Shown piece by piece: positions 1 through 9,897 of a DNA stretch of 64,000 nucleotides. Source of the DNA: Candidatus Thorarchaeota archaeon (GTDB lineage: Archaea > Asgardarchaeota > Thorarchaeia > Thorarchaeales > Thorarchaeaceae); NCBI GenBank assembly GCA_048882045.1, contig JBHLRZ010000001.1, positions 128,001 to 192,000 on the forward strand, in the 5' to 3' direction. The translations under genes and the position numbers were made by a program. Under the pieces are notes generated by a model that was given only the letters and a program-made list of their open reading frames with translations, did no database searches and had not been told where the DNA came from. Numbering within the stretch: the stretch's first letter is position 1; each line of letters begins with the position of its first letter.

Positions 1-182
1 TAATTATCAAGAAGGCAAAATACTACAGCAAGTGGTTGATTGAGTTTGTTGGATTGGTCTATTGCATATTCCAGAGCATGATTACATTCTGCCCTTTGGG
101 AAGCTTGCATCCAATAGAGAACATACTTTCCATTCTGAACTGAATTTGTGTTCAGTTTACTTATTCGATTGTTGTGAATCAA
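1..182 (-). CDS. phr: Deoxyribodipyrimidine photolyase, class II-like (5' part only, runs off the window)
   Basis: Not in the ORF track. Manual translation from TTG at 182 gives MIHNNRISKLNTNSVQNGKYVLYWMQASQRAECNHALEYAIDQSNKLNQPLAVVFCLLDN, matching the YVLYWMQxSQR..NHALEYA N-terminus of class II photolyase-like proteins. Confidence 0.85.
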   Translation of the reverse strand, partial: MIHNNRISKLNTNSVQNGKYVLYWMQASQRAECNHALEYAIDQSNKLNQPLAVVFCLLDN

Positions 183-221
183 CTCATTCTTTCAGTTGAG
201 TGGTGACTAATGAAGAGTTTG

Positions 222-992
222 TTAGAAGGGTAGTTGCCAAAGCATCCACTCGGGGAGGAGAAGGTATAGTCGCACATAGATGGCGAATATCAACACTATG
301 AGTGAAAGGCATACCACACCCCAGTCCCTCTTTCTGAATGAGAGAGTATACATGTATGTGCGGTTCTCACTGGCTCCGAAACCTCTAGATTCCATGCTCT
401 CTGCAATGGAGAGAGCGCGTCTTATTGACACTATAATTAAAGGAACAATAATTGGAACGATGTTCCGAATTCTCTTCAACAAGTTCCCCTTGTCAAGCTC
501 AACGCCTCGAGCTTTTTGTGCATCCATGATAGCATAGGCTTCTTGTCCAAGAGTAGGAACATATCTCATCGCCATACTCATTGCAAAGGCAAACTCGAAA
601 GGGACTCGCATCTGGATTAGTGCCTGAGAAAGCTCCTCAGGATGTACCGTGAGAAAGAAAATGGAGAAGGAGGTCATCAAGGCTACCAGTCTGATAGTAA
701 GAGCCAATGAGTGGGAGAAAGGATTAGGTCCTGTAGAGAGCAGTGTATTGAAGACGATGATGAAAATGAGTAGAACTGATAGCCCCTTCATGCTTCGAAC
801 CCAACGCCTTAGAGACTTTGCTGCAAACAGGATTGGAACTAGGCAGAAGAAGATAATTAATAGAGGGAGTATCTCCAAAAAGAGAAGTGATACCACAGCA
901 AGAACTATGGCCATGAACATCTTTGCTCTTGGGTCGAGCTTGTGTATTACAGAGTTTTGTCGAGTGTACTGGAAGACATCGAGGAATGACAT
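222..992 (-). CDS. ecfT: ECF transporter transmembrane T component
   Basis: HKLDPRAK, AQKARG and ESMESRGF motifs; likely start MSFLDVF at 992. Confidence 0.93.
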   Translation of the reverse strand: MSFLDVFQYTRQNSVIHKLDPRAKMFMAIVLAVVSLLFLEILPLLIIFFCLVPILFAAKSLRRWVRSMKGLSVLLIFIIVFNTLLSTGPNPFSHSLALTIRLVALMTSFSIFFLTVHPEELSQALIQMRVPFEFAFAMSMAMRYVPTLGQEAYAIMDAQKARGVELDKGNLLKRIRNIVPIIVPLIIVSIRRALSIAESMESRGFGASENRTYMYTLSFRKRDWGVVCLSLIVLIFAIYVRLYLLLPEWMLWQLPF

Positions 993-993
993 C

Positions 994-1818
994 TTAGGCA
1001 CCTCCAAGAATCTTTGCGACAACTTCTTCCAGATCATCCATCAATGTGATTCTTTCATGAACCTCAGGGAACATTTCATGAAGATGCTGTGCAGCTTCGG
1101 TGAGTTGAGGTTTCGTGAGTGAACATTCCTCTATTACAGTGTCATTACTGAGGACTGAGTTAGTAGGACCATCAGCTACAATAAGTCCATTTGCCATTGC
1201 AATCGTTCGTGGAAAGTTCTCAATTACAAATTCGATATCATGGGTAACCACAATCACTGTCTTGCCTTGTTCATTCAATTCACTGAGCATCTTTGCGAGA
1301 TTTTCCTTCTGCTTGGCATCCTGACCTATTGTTGGTTCATCTAGAGACAGTATTCTTGGCGCAGTGGCAAGAACTGAAGCAAGTGCGACCCGTTTCCTTT
1401 CACCCCCAGAGAGTGTGAATGGGGATCTTTCAGAGAGCTCTTCGAGTCCTAGGTTAGATAGTGTTTCCTCACACCTGTCCTCAGCATCATCCTTAGAGTA
1501 TCCAAGGTTCTCCAGACTAAACATCAGCTCTCGCCTGACACTATCAAGGAAGAGCTGATGGTCGGGATTCTGCATGACTAGTCCTATCTCGCGGGAAAGT
1601 TCAGCAACCGAATAGTGCTTTGTGTCAACACCGTCAAGAATTACACGACCACTGTCTGGTCGGAGTAGTCCATTGAGGTGTTTCACAAGTGTCGTCTTAC
1701 CTGCTCCATTACTACCCACTATTGCTATTCTCTCACCGTCATCAATCTGAAGAGATACTCCTCTTAACGCAGTATACAGACCATCATATGCAAAGTGTAC
1801 ATCCTCTAGGAGTATCAT
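994..1818 (-). CDS. ecfA2: ECF transporter ATPase
   Basis: GSNGAGKTT, QNPDHQLF, LSGGE and LDEPT; adjacent to ecfT. Confidence 0.92.
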   Translation of the reverse strand: MILLEDVHFAYDGLYTALRGVSLQIDDGERIAIVGSNGAGKTTLVKHLNGLLRPDSGRVILDGVDTKHYSVAELSREIGLVMQNPDHQLFLDSVRRELMFSLENLGYSKDDAEDRCEETLSNLGLEELSERSPFTLSGGERKRVALASVLATAPRILSLDEPTIGQDAKQKENLAKMLSELNEQGKTVIVVTHDIEFVIENFPRTIAMANGLIVADGPTNSVLSNDTVIEECSLTKPQLTEAAQHLHEMFPEVHERITLMDDLEEVVAKILGGA

Positions 1819-2657
1819 CGTTGTTTGACCTCCCGGACAAACTTTGCTAGTTCAGCTCCAGTGAGAGGGACTGATTCGAGTTTGATTCCTTTTTCCTTGA
1901 GTCGTTTGTACAAATTGGTGGCCTTGGGAATTCCGACACCAATGTCCTGACATATGTCCATTGTGAGGACATCTCTTGGTTCACCATCAGCGACGATGCA
2001 ACCATTATCCATCAACACCACACGAGATGCATCCTTTGAAACCAAATCTAAACGATGTTCGACTAGAACTACAGTGAGGTCGCGTCTATTCAAGTTAGCA
2101 ATGATTTCGAGAATATTTTCTGCACTCTTAGGGTCAAGATTCGATGTAGGTTCGTCTGCTACAAGAATCTTGGGTTTGAGAGCAAGTGTAGCGGCTATGG
2201 CGACCCGTTGTTGTTCTCCCCCAGACATCTCATGGGGATGTTTTTCCCTCAAGTGTTCGAGGTCGAGCATATCAATGAGTTCCTCTACTCTGCGACGGAC
2301 CTCATCTGCATCAACACCAAGGTTTTCGGGTCCAAAAGCAATCTCACGTTCTACGTTCAGGGTAACGAGTTGGTTCTCAGGTTGTTGAAAGACAAGACCT
2401 GCAGTCGGTGCGAGCTCTGCAACACTGTGATCTCGAGTGTTTTTTCCATCGACGATGACATTACCTGCGATATACCCACGATGAAACTGAGGCACTAGTC
2501 CATTTATAGCGCGACAGAGGGTTGTCTTCCCACAGCCGGAAGGCCCAGTTATTACAAGAAACTCTCCCTGTTCGATTTTGAGATTTATATGCCGAAGTGC
2601 TAGAGTATCTGCTCCTAGATATTTGAAACTGAAGTCATCAAACTCTACAAGGGGCAT
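1815..2657 (-). CDS. ecfA1: ECF transporter ATPase
   Basis: GPSGCGKTT, FQQPENQL, EIAFGPENLG, MSGGE and DEPT. Confidence 0.92.
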   Translation of the reverse strand: MPLVEFDDFSFKYLGADTLALRHINLKIEQGEFLVITGPSGCGKTTLCRAINGLVPQFHRGYIAGNVIVDGKNTRDHSVAELAPTAGLVFQQPENQLVTLNVEREIAFGPENLGVDADEVRRRVEELIDMLDLEHLREKHPHEMSGGEQQRVAIAATLALKPKILVADEPTSNLDPKSAENILEIIANLNRRDLTVVLVEHRLDLVSKDASRVVLMDNGCIVADGEPRDVLTMDICQDIGVGIPKATNLYKRLKEKGIKLESVPLTGAELAKFVREVKQR

Positions 2658-2658
2658 T

Positions 2659-3657
2659 CTACTCATCACTCTCTATTGATGTGTCCTCAATGGCGCTCCT
2701 AATAATTTCTAGTGATTTCTCGAGAGCTTCATCAAGATGCTTCTTTCCATTTGCACCAGCTGCATTCGCATGTCCACCACCCTCGCCATCTATCAAGACA
2801 CCTATAGTGTCCATCACATCAGTCCCCAGATTGATTCCAGTGCTTTCATAGAATGCGCGAGTGCTTCGTGAGCTGAGCCGAACAGTCCCCTTTCTCGGCG
2901 AGCCTCCTACGATTGCGACGTCTGCGCCAAGCTCGATTAGTCCACGACAAGCGCTAGCTTCAAAAGCATTGATTTTTGAAACTGCGAGAATCCAGTTTCC
3001 TACGAGATGAACCTTTACTCGCCTCGCGGCCTTGAGTCTAGCTATACGTTCGGATCGATCAGGCTGGATGAGTAATGATTTGACACATTCATCATAAACG
3101 GCTCCAGCTCGAACGAGTTTTATTGCAGCTGACAAGGTGTTGGTGTCAGCATAGAAAAATCGACGTGTGTCAAACAACATACCTGTAAGAAGGAGATTTG
3201 CTGTGTCGGAGTCAATAGAAATCCCAAGTTCTTCGAATACATCTACTAATATCTCACATGTTGATGATTTCTCGCTGTGGACAATCTGATATTTTGCCAA
3301 AGAGTCGATTTCCAGATTCGCTTCATGATGGTCAACGACTAACGTAATCGTAGAATCAATAATGATGTCCTGGAGGGCAGGTCCTAGCTGGAACCGGCTG
3401 TTTGTATCAATAAGTACATAGAAATCATGAGATTCATCAGACGTCTTCTTTATGGATACGTCAGGAGCAAACTTCCTGAGAACTTGATTTGATAGTTTGC
3501 TACTATCATCTGCTACGAGGGTAGCGAAACCTGATGGATTAATTAATCCGTAAAGACGCGCAAATGCAATCATTGCACAAACTGCATCTGGATCAGCATT
3601 CTGATGACCAATAATTAGAGGTTTCTCGACATCTTTGAGTATCTCGTTGAGGTTCAC
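2659..3657 (-). CDS. DHH/DHHA1 family phosphoesterase (NrnA-like)
   Basis: HQNADPDA, VVDHH and GGGHANAAG; usual member of the archaeal exosome superoperon. Confidence 0.9.
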   Translation of the reverse strand: MNLNEILKDVEKPLIIGHQNADPDAVCAMIAFARLYGLINPSGFATLVADDSSKLSNQVLRKFAPDVSIKKTSDESHDFYVLIDTNSRFQLGPALQDIIIDSTITLVVDHHEANLEIDSLAKYQIVHSEKSSTCEILVDVFEELGISIDSDTANLLLTGMLFDTRRFFYADTNTLSAAIKLVRAGAVYDECVKSLLIQPDRSERIARLKAARRVKVHLVGNWILAVSKINAFEASACRGLIELGADVAIVGGSPRKGTVRLSSRSTRAFYESTGINLGTDVMDTIGVLIDGEGGGHANAAGANGKKHLDEALEKSLEIIRSAIEDTSIESDE

Positions 3658-3965
3658 TGACCCTTCATCTCCGTCAACTGTTTCTCAAGCCACTCAATCC
3701 CGAAGTCTGTTGCCTCCCGTAATAGGTCATCAAGTGAGTGCCCTGTATCAAAGACCTGGCTTAGCTCAATTTGGACATCGAGGTCAAGCTGGCCATTCTC
3801 TAAATCGAGGGTACAGCTGACGAACATACTCTCTATGCTTTTCTCTGGAATCTTTTCTACAATATAGCCACTAATCTGAGCCTCGCAGTCCTCTGTAAGC
3901 TTCTCTAGGGCTTCCTCCGACAGTTCCGGTAGCCCGATGCTCAGTACTGGACTCATCTCTCTCAC
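3654..3965 (-). CDS. DUF3194-like small acidic protein
   Basis: IGLPELSEE N-terminus; conserved position between pfdB and DHH. Confidence 0.7.
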   Translation of the reverse strand: MREMSPVLSIGLPELSEEALEKLTEDCEAQISGYIVEKIPEKSIESMFVSCTLDLENGQLDLDVQIELSQVFDTGHSLDDLLREATDFGIEWLEKQLTEMKGQ

Positions 3966-4324
3966 TGAAGACGCAGATTGCGTTTTGAAAGCTCTATTTC
4001 AATCTTAGACTGAAGCTCCTTCAATTGCTCAGCTAGTTTCTCGGTCTGTTTTGAGGTGGAGGCAAGTCGCATCTCAATGGTCTTTTGTCGGTCCTCAAGC
4101 TCTTCCTGAACGGCGGGTTTTTCAACCTTGAACATGACCTGTCCTACAGCCTTGTAGGTAACAACGTCATCAGATTGCTTCTTCAGTTCCTCAAGTGTCC
4201 CTTTGATTTCAGTGAGTTCTGCTTGAAGTGTCTGGGACATAGCTACCAGTGTTTCATGATTACGACGCATGGTATCAAATTTCTGAAGTTCCTGCTCGAG
4301 TGCGGGAGGTATTGTCTGGGCCAT
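3962..4324 (-). CDS. pfdB: Prefoldin beta subunit
   Basis: Two coiled coils around YKAVGQVMF; superoperon context. Confidence 0.92.
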   Translation of the reverse strand: MAQTIPPALEQELQKFDTMRRNHETLVAMSQTLQAELTEIKGTLEELKKQSDDVVTYKAVGQVMFKVEKPAVQEELEDRQKTIEMRLASTSKQTEKLAEQLKELQSKIEIELSKRNLRLQ

Positions 4325-4405
4325 TATTGATTCACTCCTTATCACAAAACGGCACGTTTCAGACTGCGCCTTCTGAGATGGGACTTAAAGTTTTGCTAAG
4401 GAACA

Positions 4406-4672
4406 TCAAGTGAGTTCAACTGTTCGGAGACATGCAGACACCCACGCAATGTAGGAATTCATTGCAGCTCTAAGGGCAGTGATGTCGTTCGCCTCTACTT
4501 TGATTACAAGGACATTGTCACGAATTGATACGTTGGTCGTGGCTCTATCAGAAGGACCCGATTTGGTTTCAGGACTCAAAGCAGCCAACAGTAGTTCTGC
4601 GGTTTCCTTGGATTCCAAAGGGATTTCAATAGTAGATTTTCCCTTCATAAGGCCATTATTCATTTTCCTCAC
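4406..4672 (-). CDS. pcc1: KEOPS complex subunit Pcc1
   Basis: ALSPE and ANDITALRAAMNSY motifs. Confidence 0.9.
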   Translation of the reverse strand: MRKMNNGLMKGKSTIEIPLESKETAELLLAALSPETKSGPSDRATTNVSIRDNVLVIKVEANDITALRAAMNSYIAWVSACLRTVELT

Positions 4673-5219
4673 TTCTTCTGATAGAGGTCACCCTGATTCT
4701 TGGACCTATCTCTATGCCATCAGTAGTGTGATAATGCGTCCAAAGAATCTTTCCAGGAGTGTCGTCCTGTAACCAGATCAGTGTCTGTCCAGGATCCATA
4801 TTGGTAGTTTCTATATGGGAAACTTCTTTCAAGTCTAGATTCATGAGTGTCGACAACAATCTTCCCAAGGCATGAGTCTTGTAACTGCTCTCTGATTCAA
4901 CAAAGACTCCATATACTGCGTTAGTTCTTAGCTTTTCTGTATTTACTTCGCGACGGAGCATTGCCATCTCAATCTTGATGGAGGCTAGTTCTTCTTTACT
5001 AGACGAGGTGAAACTGAGAATACTTGGATTACCTTTCCACATAGAAATAATGAGAGCTGCATTTGCTCCAGTCTGTCTAACCCGCGAAGCTATTTCTGAA
5101 AGCCCCATACCACCACGATTGAATCGTTCAGTCCCTGGAAGTACAGTCCAAAGGTCACGTGCAAAAGCACGTACTCGATTGGATGTCTTCCTTGAAGTGG
5201 TAATTAAAAGACTAGGCAA
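4656..5219 (-). CDS. Brix/Imp4-domain rRNA maturation protein
   Basis: LITTSRKTS, NRG, KGNP and IGPRIRV motifs. Confidence 0.88.
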   Translation of the reverse strand: MPSLLITTSRKTSNRVRAFARDLWTVLPGTERFNRGGMGLSEIASRVRQTGANAALIISMWKGNPSILSFTSSSKEELASIKIEMAMLRREVNTEKLRTNAVYGVFVESESSYKTHALGRLLSTLMNLDLKEVSHIETTNMDPGQTLIWLQDDTPGKILWTHYHTTDGIEIGPRIRVTSIRRSEENE

Positions 5220-5236
5220 GACAGTCAGGCCTTTGA

Positions 5237-5644
5237 TTATTCTTCTGATTCAGCTGTAGGTACAGGTTCTTCTCCAGATTCAGCAATATCAGATTCTTCA
5301 ACGACATCTTCCTTCTCGACATTAGGAAGAAAATCTAGTGCATCTTCGATGTCTTCATCATCACGTAGGGCCAGAAAATCACCAGAAACCCTCTGGGCAA
5401 TAGCTCGTTTTGCAGCTTTTCCAGCATCTGTGTAGGGCACGTAAGCTCCTCCAGCAAAAAGTAAATCACATTTGCTGCATCGCCATAGTCCAACAGCCTT
5501 TCTCTTCAATGCTTTTGTAGCACATGCTGGACAGCGATTCGGCTCATTTCGTTTCTTCTCGATATCAAGGACTCTTCGTCGAAGTTTCGCACCATACCTT
5601 GATCCGAATCTACCAGTGCTACCAACCTTCTTGGTTCGTGCCAT
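5237..5644 (-). CDS. rpl37ae: 50S ribosomal protein L37Ae (eL43) with acidic C-terminal extension
   Basis: TKKVGSTGRFGSRYG, CPAC...CSKC and AGGAY. Confidence 0.97.
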   Translation of the reverse strand: MARTKKVGSTGRFGSRYGAKLRRRVLDIEKKRNEPNRCPACATKALKRKAVGLWRCSKCDLLFAGGAYVPYTDAGKAAKRAIAQRVSGDFLALRDDEDIEDALDFLPNVEKEDVVEESDIAESGEEPVPTAESEE

Positions 5645-5737
5645 TTTCAGGGTCTCCTTACAATTCTGAGGCTGCTGGAACCTATCAGTCGCCCAGCAGT
5701 TTCTCTTATTATCGTTTCTATCCGTAAACAGAAATCA

Positions 5738-5762
5738 GATGACCAGAATGATACTGGTCATC
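5738..5762. terminator. 9-bp hairpin between rrp42 and rpl37ae
   Basis: GATGACCAG-aatgata-CTGGTCATC just after the rrp42 stop. Confidence 0.45.
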
Positions 5763-5771
5763 CTTCATTTT

Positions 5772-6599
5772 CTATTCAACAGACTTTACAGCATCATCGA
5801 TTGCGTTTCTTATGCTCACTGCAGATTCCAGAGCCATTTCCATAGCTTTCTCAACTAATTCCATGGATATAGGACCTGCCCCACCACCTTTCTGCATGGC
5901 TGTGAAGTTGTTTTCTCTGTCCACTGCCATTGTTAGTCTGCAGTCTTGTACAAACTCCTCCTTCAGAATTGGGTCAATGATGATATTCTCATCAATCTTG
6001 GAAACAGTGTGCTCGATTGCAACATTTTTGATTGGCAATGAGATTATTTCACCAGTTTCAACTAGCTTTTTATCTTCCCATTTCATTTCAGGATATTTTG
6101 TAGTTAGTAATGCAGCATTAACAGCAATAGATGATGCATCAATGAGATTACCATCATACTCGAGGGGGTATACGTCTGCAAACACCATGTAGACACTCTT
6201 CCCTTCCTCTATGCAGAGTTTCTTCGCATCCACAGTTTCTGACTCTCGAACTCCACGATCTACAACACGTGCAAGCTCAATAGCATCCTCTTTTGGAGGA
6301 CCAAGCTCGAACAGTGGCGAAGCGATTGGTGACATTTCAGCTGTCACCATTGTAACTCCTTCATCAGGTGTGTCAGGATATGGATCTCCGACAAGGACTT
6401 TCACTCCAGCAACAACACTTGTGTCGCCAAGTCTGACTAGAGCCGATCCTTCAGCCTTTGCATGAACTACGTTGACCTCAATCTCGAGGTCACGGTATTC
6501 TGATGTTCCACGACCGTCAAGACGCTCTCCCTTCCGAAGGAGGTCAGCTATGAAAGCGTGATCAATGTGACTTATTGTTTCTGAGGTATAATCTCCCAT
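5772..6599 (-). CDS. rrp42: Exosome subunit Rrp42
   Basis: RLDGR, AEGSALVRLG, ELARVVDRGVRES and DGNLIDA. Confidence 0.96.
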   Translation of the reverse strand: MGDYTSETISHIDHAFIADLLRKGERLDGRGTSEYRDLEIEVNVVHAKAEGSALVRLGDTSVVAGVKVLVGDPYPDTPDEGVTMVTAEMSPIASPLFELGPPKEDAIELARVVDRGVRESETVDAKKLCIEEGKSVYMVFADVYPLEYDGNLIDASSIAVNAALLTTKYPEMKWEDKKLVETGEIISLPIKNVAIEHTVSKIDENIIIDPILKEEFVQDCRLTMAVDRENNFTAMQKGGGAGPISMELVEKAMEMALESAVSIRNAIDDAVKSVE

Positions 6600-6600
6600 T

Positions 6601-7416
6601 CTACTCATCCTCCATCAGTTCAGCTTCACCCAGATCTGTTTCTAGGTCATCATCGTATTCATCTTCGTCATCATCATCATCATCATCGTCAGATTTTTTG
6701 ACGTATGCACGTTTCAGGGCGTCCTTCTGAAGTTCATGGAGATACTTGCATGAATTGATACCCATCTGCATTGCTTCAAGGAGTTCTTCCTTTGAAAAAG
6801 AACCATCCTGTTGTAGAAGAGTGATCTCTTCAGACTGGGGGACTATTGCCATGGGAACATCTCCTTCCCCATACTTGTCCTCTTCATCTCCAAGATCAAC
6901 CAGAAGTTTACCATCAGCTTTTCCTACTGCAACAGCAGGAACCAAGCTGCGCATTGGTATCCCAGCATCTGCAAGTGCCAATGATGCTGCATTAATCGCA
7001 GCACAACGTGTGCCACCATCTGCTTGAATCACTGTAACGAAGACATCTACCACAGCCTTCGGGAATTCCTCTAGGAAGAGCACTGGTCGTAATGCGTTGG
7101 CAATGACCATTGAAATTTCCTTCTCTCTTCGAGAGGGAGCAGGTCTCTTCCTATCAGGAACAGAGAATGTTGCCATTCTATATGTCACCCTTAGATAGGC
7201 TCTGTCATTCAGTGTTAGATGTCTGGGGTGTAACTCACGTGGACCGTAGACTCCAGCTATGATGTATGTCTTACCTTGTCGGATTGACGCGGAGCCATCT
7301 GCCTGTTTGAGCACACCAACCTTTAGCTCAATCGGTCGCATTTCATCAGGTCTGCGACCATCTACTCTCAAGCCCTCTGGACTGATCAAAAAATCAGGCT
7401 TTTCTTCAGGACTCAT
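6601..7416 (-). CDS. rrp41: Exosome subunit Rrp41 with poly-Asp tail
   Basis: [26 protein letters not shown] and QADGGTRCA. Confidence 0.97.
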   Translation of the reverse strand: MSPEEKPDFLISPEGLRVDGRRPDEMRPIELKVGVLKQADGSASIRQGKTYIIAGVYGPRELHPRHLTLNDRAYLRVTYRMATFSVPDRKRPAPSRREKEISMVIANALRPVLFLEEFPKAVVDVFVTVIQADGGTRCAAINAASLALADAGIPMRSLVPAVAVGKADGKLLVDLGDEEDKYGEGDVPMAIVPQSEEITLLQQDGSFSKEELLEAMQMGINSCKYLHELQKDALKRAYVKKSDDDDDDDDEDEYDDDLETDLGEAELMEDE

Positions 7417-8363
7417 TCTTCACTCACTTCCTCTTTTAATTCTTCAATTTCTTCATCCTTCTCAGCCTCTACCTCTTCCGTTTCGGGTTCAGCCTCTGGC
7501 TCAACCTCTGGTTCAGGCTCAGGCTCTGGTTCGGGTTCGGGCTCTGAGTCCGGTTTTGATTCAGGTTCAGGCTCAGGCTCTGGTTCAGCTTCTGGCTCTG
7601 ACTCAACCTCTAGTTCAGGCTCAGGCTCTGGTTCTTCAAGAACTTCCTCAACCTGCTCAGGTTCAGCGTCAGAGGAGGGCTGGATCTTTTCCAGTTCCTC
7701 CACAAGCATCTGACTGATTCTATCAGTCAATTTGGTCGTGTGCGCTTGCGTTTCAATTGTCCTGAACGCCTTTATTGCAAGGCGTAGAATCTCCGTATTC
7801 GGAGCTTTTATCCAAATTCGACCATTTTGACCAACAATGGTTTGGATCTTCAAGTGGTCGTTGATCATGTTAATCATAGACCCTCTTCTACCAATAATCC
7901 GGGGGATTTTTGCGGGACTCACTTCAAGAATCATTCCATCAGTGAGCACTCTGAGACCTCTTCCTTTCATTCCCAGGAATGGACCGCTGTTTCGGTCAAA
8001 TGCAATAACCTCGGCGGAAATGGTGTCACCAATATCCATGTACTCTGAGATGTCATCAGAGTAAGGACGTCTTAATGCATTATTCGCGTGTAGAGAGGCA
8101 CCATATGGTCCTCCTATGTCCACCTTCCAATTGTTGCCAGCTACAATATTGATTACACCAATAACAAGATCACCTTCCTTTGGGACGTAAGCACCTTGTA
8201 GAGCAACAACTTTGACTGTGTTTCCTCTAAGTTCTGCTAAGCCCACAAGAGAAGAATAGATCTTGCCATCTTCATCATATGTACCGAAGGAGGCTCTATA
8301 CCTACCATCAGCAAGCAACTGCCCGGGGACAACTACCTCACGTTTTTGAAAATATACTGCCAA
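7413..8363 (-). CDS. rrp4: Exosome RNA-binding subunit Rrp4 (S1+KH) with long Glu/Pro tail
   Basis: [26 protein letters not shown] and GQNGRIW. Confidence 0.95.
   Translation of the reverse strand: MAVYFQKREVVVPGQLLADGRYRASFGTYDEDGKIYSSLVGLAELRGNTVKVVALQGAYVPKEGDLVIGVINIVAGNNWKVDIGGPYGASLHANNALRRPYSDDISEYMDIGDTISAEVIAFDRNSGPFLGMKGRGLRVLTDGMILEVSPAKIPRIIGRRGSMINMINDHLKIQTIVGQNGRIWIKAPNTEILRLAIKAFRTIETQAHTTKLTDRISQMLVEELEKIQPSSDAEPEQVEEVLEEPEPEPELEVESEPEAEPEPEPEPESKPDSEPEPEPEPEPEPEVEPEAEPETEEVEAEKDEEIEELKEEVSEE
7480..7670 (-). repeat. Degenerate hexamer tandem repeat encoding (Glu-Pro)n
   Basis: Runs of tcaggc/tctggt/tcgggt on + encode EPEPEP; codons vary synonymously. Confidence 0.9.
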
Positions 8364-8417
8364 TTACTATTTCCCTCATTCTTGTTCTAAGTTTCAATTA
8401 CTATTCATTGATCATGA

Positions 8418-9152
8418 TTATCTGACGACTTCTATTCGGATTTGTCCCTTCGTCAGTTTGTTCAGTTCATCATAGAGCTCTTGTCTCTTTTGAGCAGGAA
8501 GTTCAACAAGTCCAGTCCAAGAACCATCGTGACCCCAAGATTCAGATTTGATTACTCCAGTATTTGCCACTAGATTGTACCCTTTCCCGGAGAAAGATGC
8601 TGGGAGGGTTATCTGTAGCTTCACACTTTCGAATGAAATTGGAATGATTACACGAAGTGCCTTGACAACTGTTGGCACTTGCTCTTCTACTGATAGGAAG
8701 GGATCCACACGAACTTTGGCTTCTTCCATTGCTTGACGGATTCGATCAGGTGGATGAGGATGTCCTGTTTGTGGATTCATTGCACGTTTTGAGAGGTCAT
8801 TGATTATTGTTTCCGTCTTTTCTGCCACCAGTTGCTCTCTCTGCTCATGGGTCAATTTGAACTCACCATGTTTTAGTATCTCAGGAGCAACCTCAAAGAC
8901 TCTGTCCGAGCCAAAGGCATCCTTCACTAGGCTGTCAGTAGCATGTTCACCCCGTTTGGCATCCTCGTAAATCTCGTAGGACTTCAGAATGTCTTCGAGA
9001 GGTACGTCTTCTCCTCGTCTGTAGTCAAAGGCAAGATTCGGATCAACAAACAGCTCGAATCGCAGGTGGCCTTTCTGGATACCAATAACCACAGCGTCGA
9101 GCTCTAACCACTTCTCTCCAGATTTCTTTCCAGATCCTCCTCCGCCACTCAT
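8418..9152 (-). CDS. sdo1: Ribosome maturation factor SBDS/Sdo1
   Basis: RFELFVDP, NPQTGHPHPPDRI and GELT-like FKLT; likely start MSGGGGS at 9152. Confidence 0.94.
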   Translation of the reverse strand: MSGGGGSGKKSGEKWLELDAVVIGIQKGHLRFELFVDPNLAFDYRRGEDVPLEDILKSYEIYEDAKRGEHATDSLVKDAFGSDRVFEVAPEILKHGEFKLTHEQREQLVAEKTETIINDLSKRAMNPQTGHPHPPDRIRQAMEEAKVRVDPFLSVEEQVPTVVKALRVIIPISFESVKLQITLPASFSGKGYNLVANTGVIKSESWGHDGSWTGLVELPAQKRQELYDELNKLTKGQIRIEVVR

Positions 9153-9165
9153 TTTCCGCCAACTC

Positions 9166-9897
9166 TCATTCTTTCTTGGTTTTGTTAGGATTGAGGAATC
9201 CTTCAATCTCAGGCATTGATAATTTCACAAAGGTTCGAGTCGATTTAGGAATTCTAGCAATCTCAACGTTGTCTGCAGACAATTCCGTTTCATCAGACTC
9301 TCTTAATGCATTCAAGGCGAGAGCCACCGCCTCATCCAGACTCATCTTCTTTGAGTAGTTTTTCTCCAGATATTCACCAGCTCGAGCTGCACCCCTTCCA
9401 AGGACTGCGGCCAGGAAACCCCAATATGTTCCAACAGGATCAGTCACAAACATTTTTGGTGAGCCATCATAATCATTGGATCCAATTATCATTGCGACCC
9501 CATATGGTCTTGCTGAATAGCCTCGTGTGAATTGTGCCTTGTGATCACAAATGTGTTCAGCAAGTGCTTCTGCTGGAATAGGCTCTTCATATGTCAACCA
9601 GTATCTCTGTGCCTGTAATCTGGCTTCAGCAATCAACTTACGAGCATCAGCTGTAAGTCCTGAAGTTGCTATACCAAGATGTTCGTCGATTTTGGAGATT
9701 TTCTCAATACTATCTGGTTCTTGCAATGGTTTGACCTTCTTTTTGGCAAGAAATATCACTCCATCGTCAACAAGAACTCCGATTGATGTTTCACCTAATT
9801 CAACGGCTTTTTTTGCGTACTCAGCTGCAAAGATTCTCCCATCAGGACTAAATATACCAGTACTCGTATCATAGCCAGAGCCAGAGATCCCAAACAT
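9166..9897 (-). CDS. psmA: 20S proteasome alpha subunit
   Basis: GYD...FSPDGRI..EYA, SGLTADAR, RPYGV and TDPVG; GGAGGA RBS before ATG at 9897. Confidence 0.95.
   Translation of the reverse strand: MFGISGSGYDTSTGIFSPDGRIFAAEYAKKAVELGETSIGVLVDDGVIFLAKKKVKPLQEPDSIEKISKIDEHLGIATSGLTADARKLIAEARLQAQRYWLTYEEPIPAEALAEHICDHKAQFTRGYSARPYGVAMIIGSNDYDGSPKMFVTDPVGTYWGFLAAVLGRGAARAGEYLEKNYSKKMSLDEAVALALNALRESDETELSADNVEIARIPKSTRTFVKLSMPEIEGFLNPNKTKKE

Noticed and set aside
7480-7670. Tandem repeats as a CRISPR array or mobile repeat
   Set aside because: They are 6-bp degenerate units inside rrp4 encoding Glu-Pro; there are no spacers and no cas genes.
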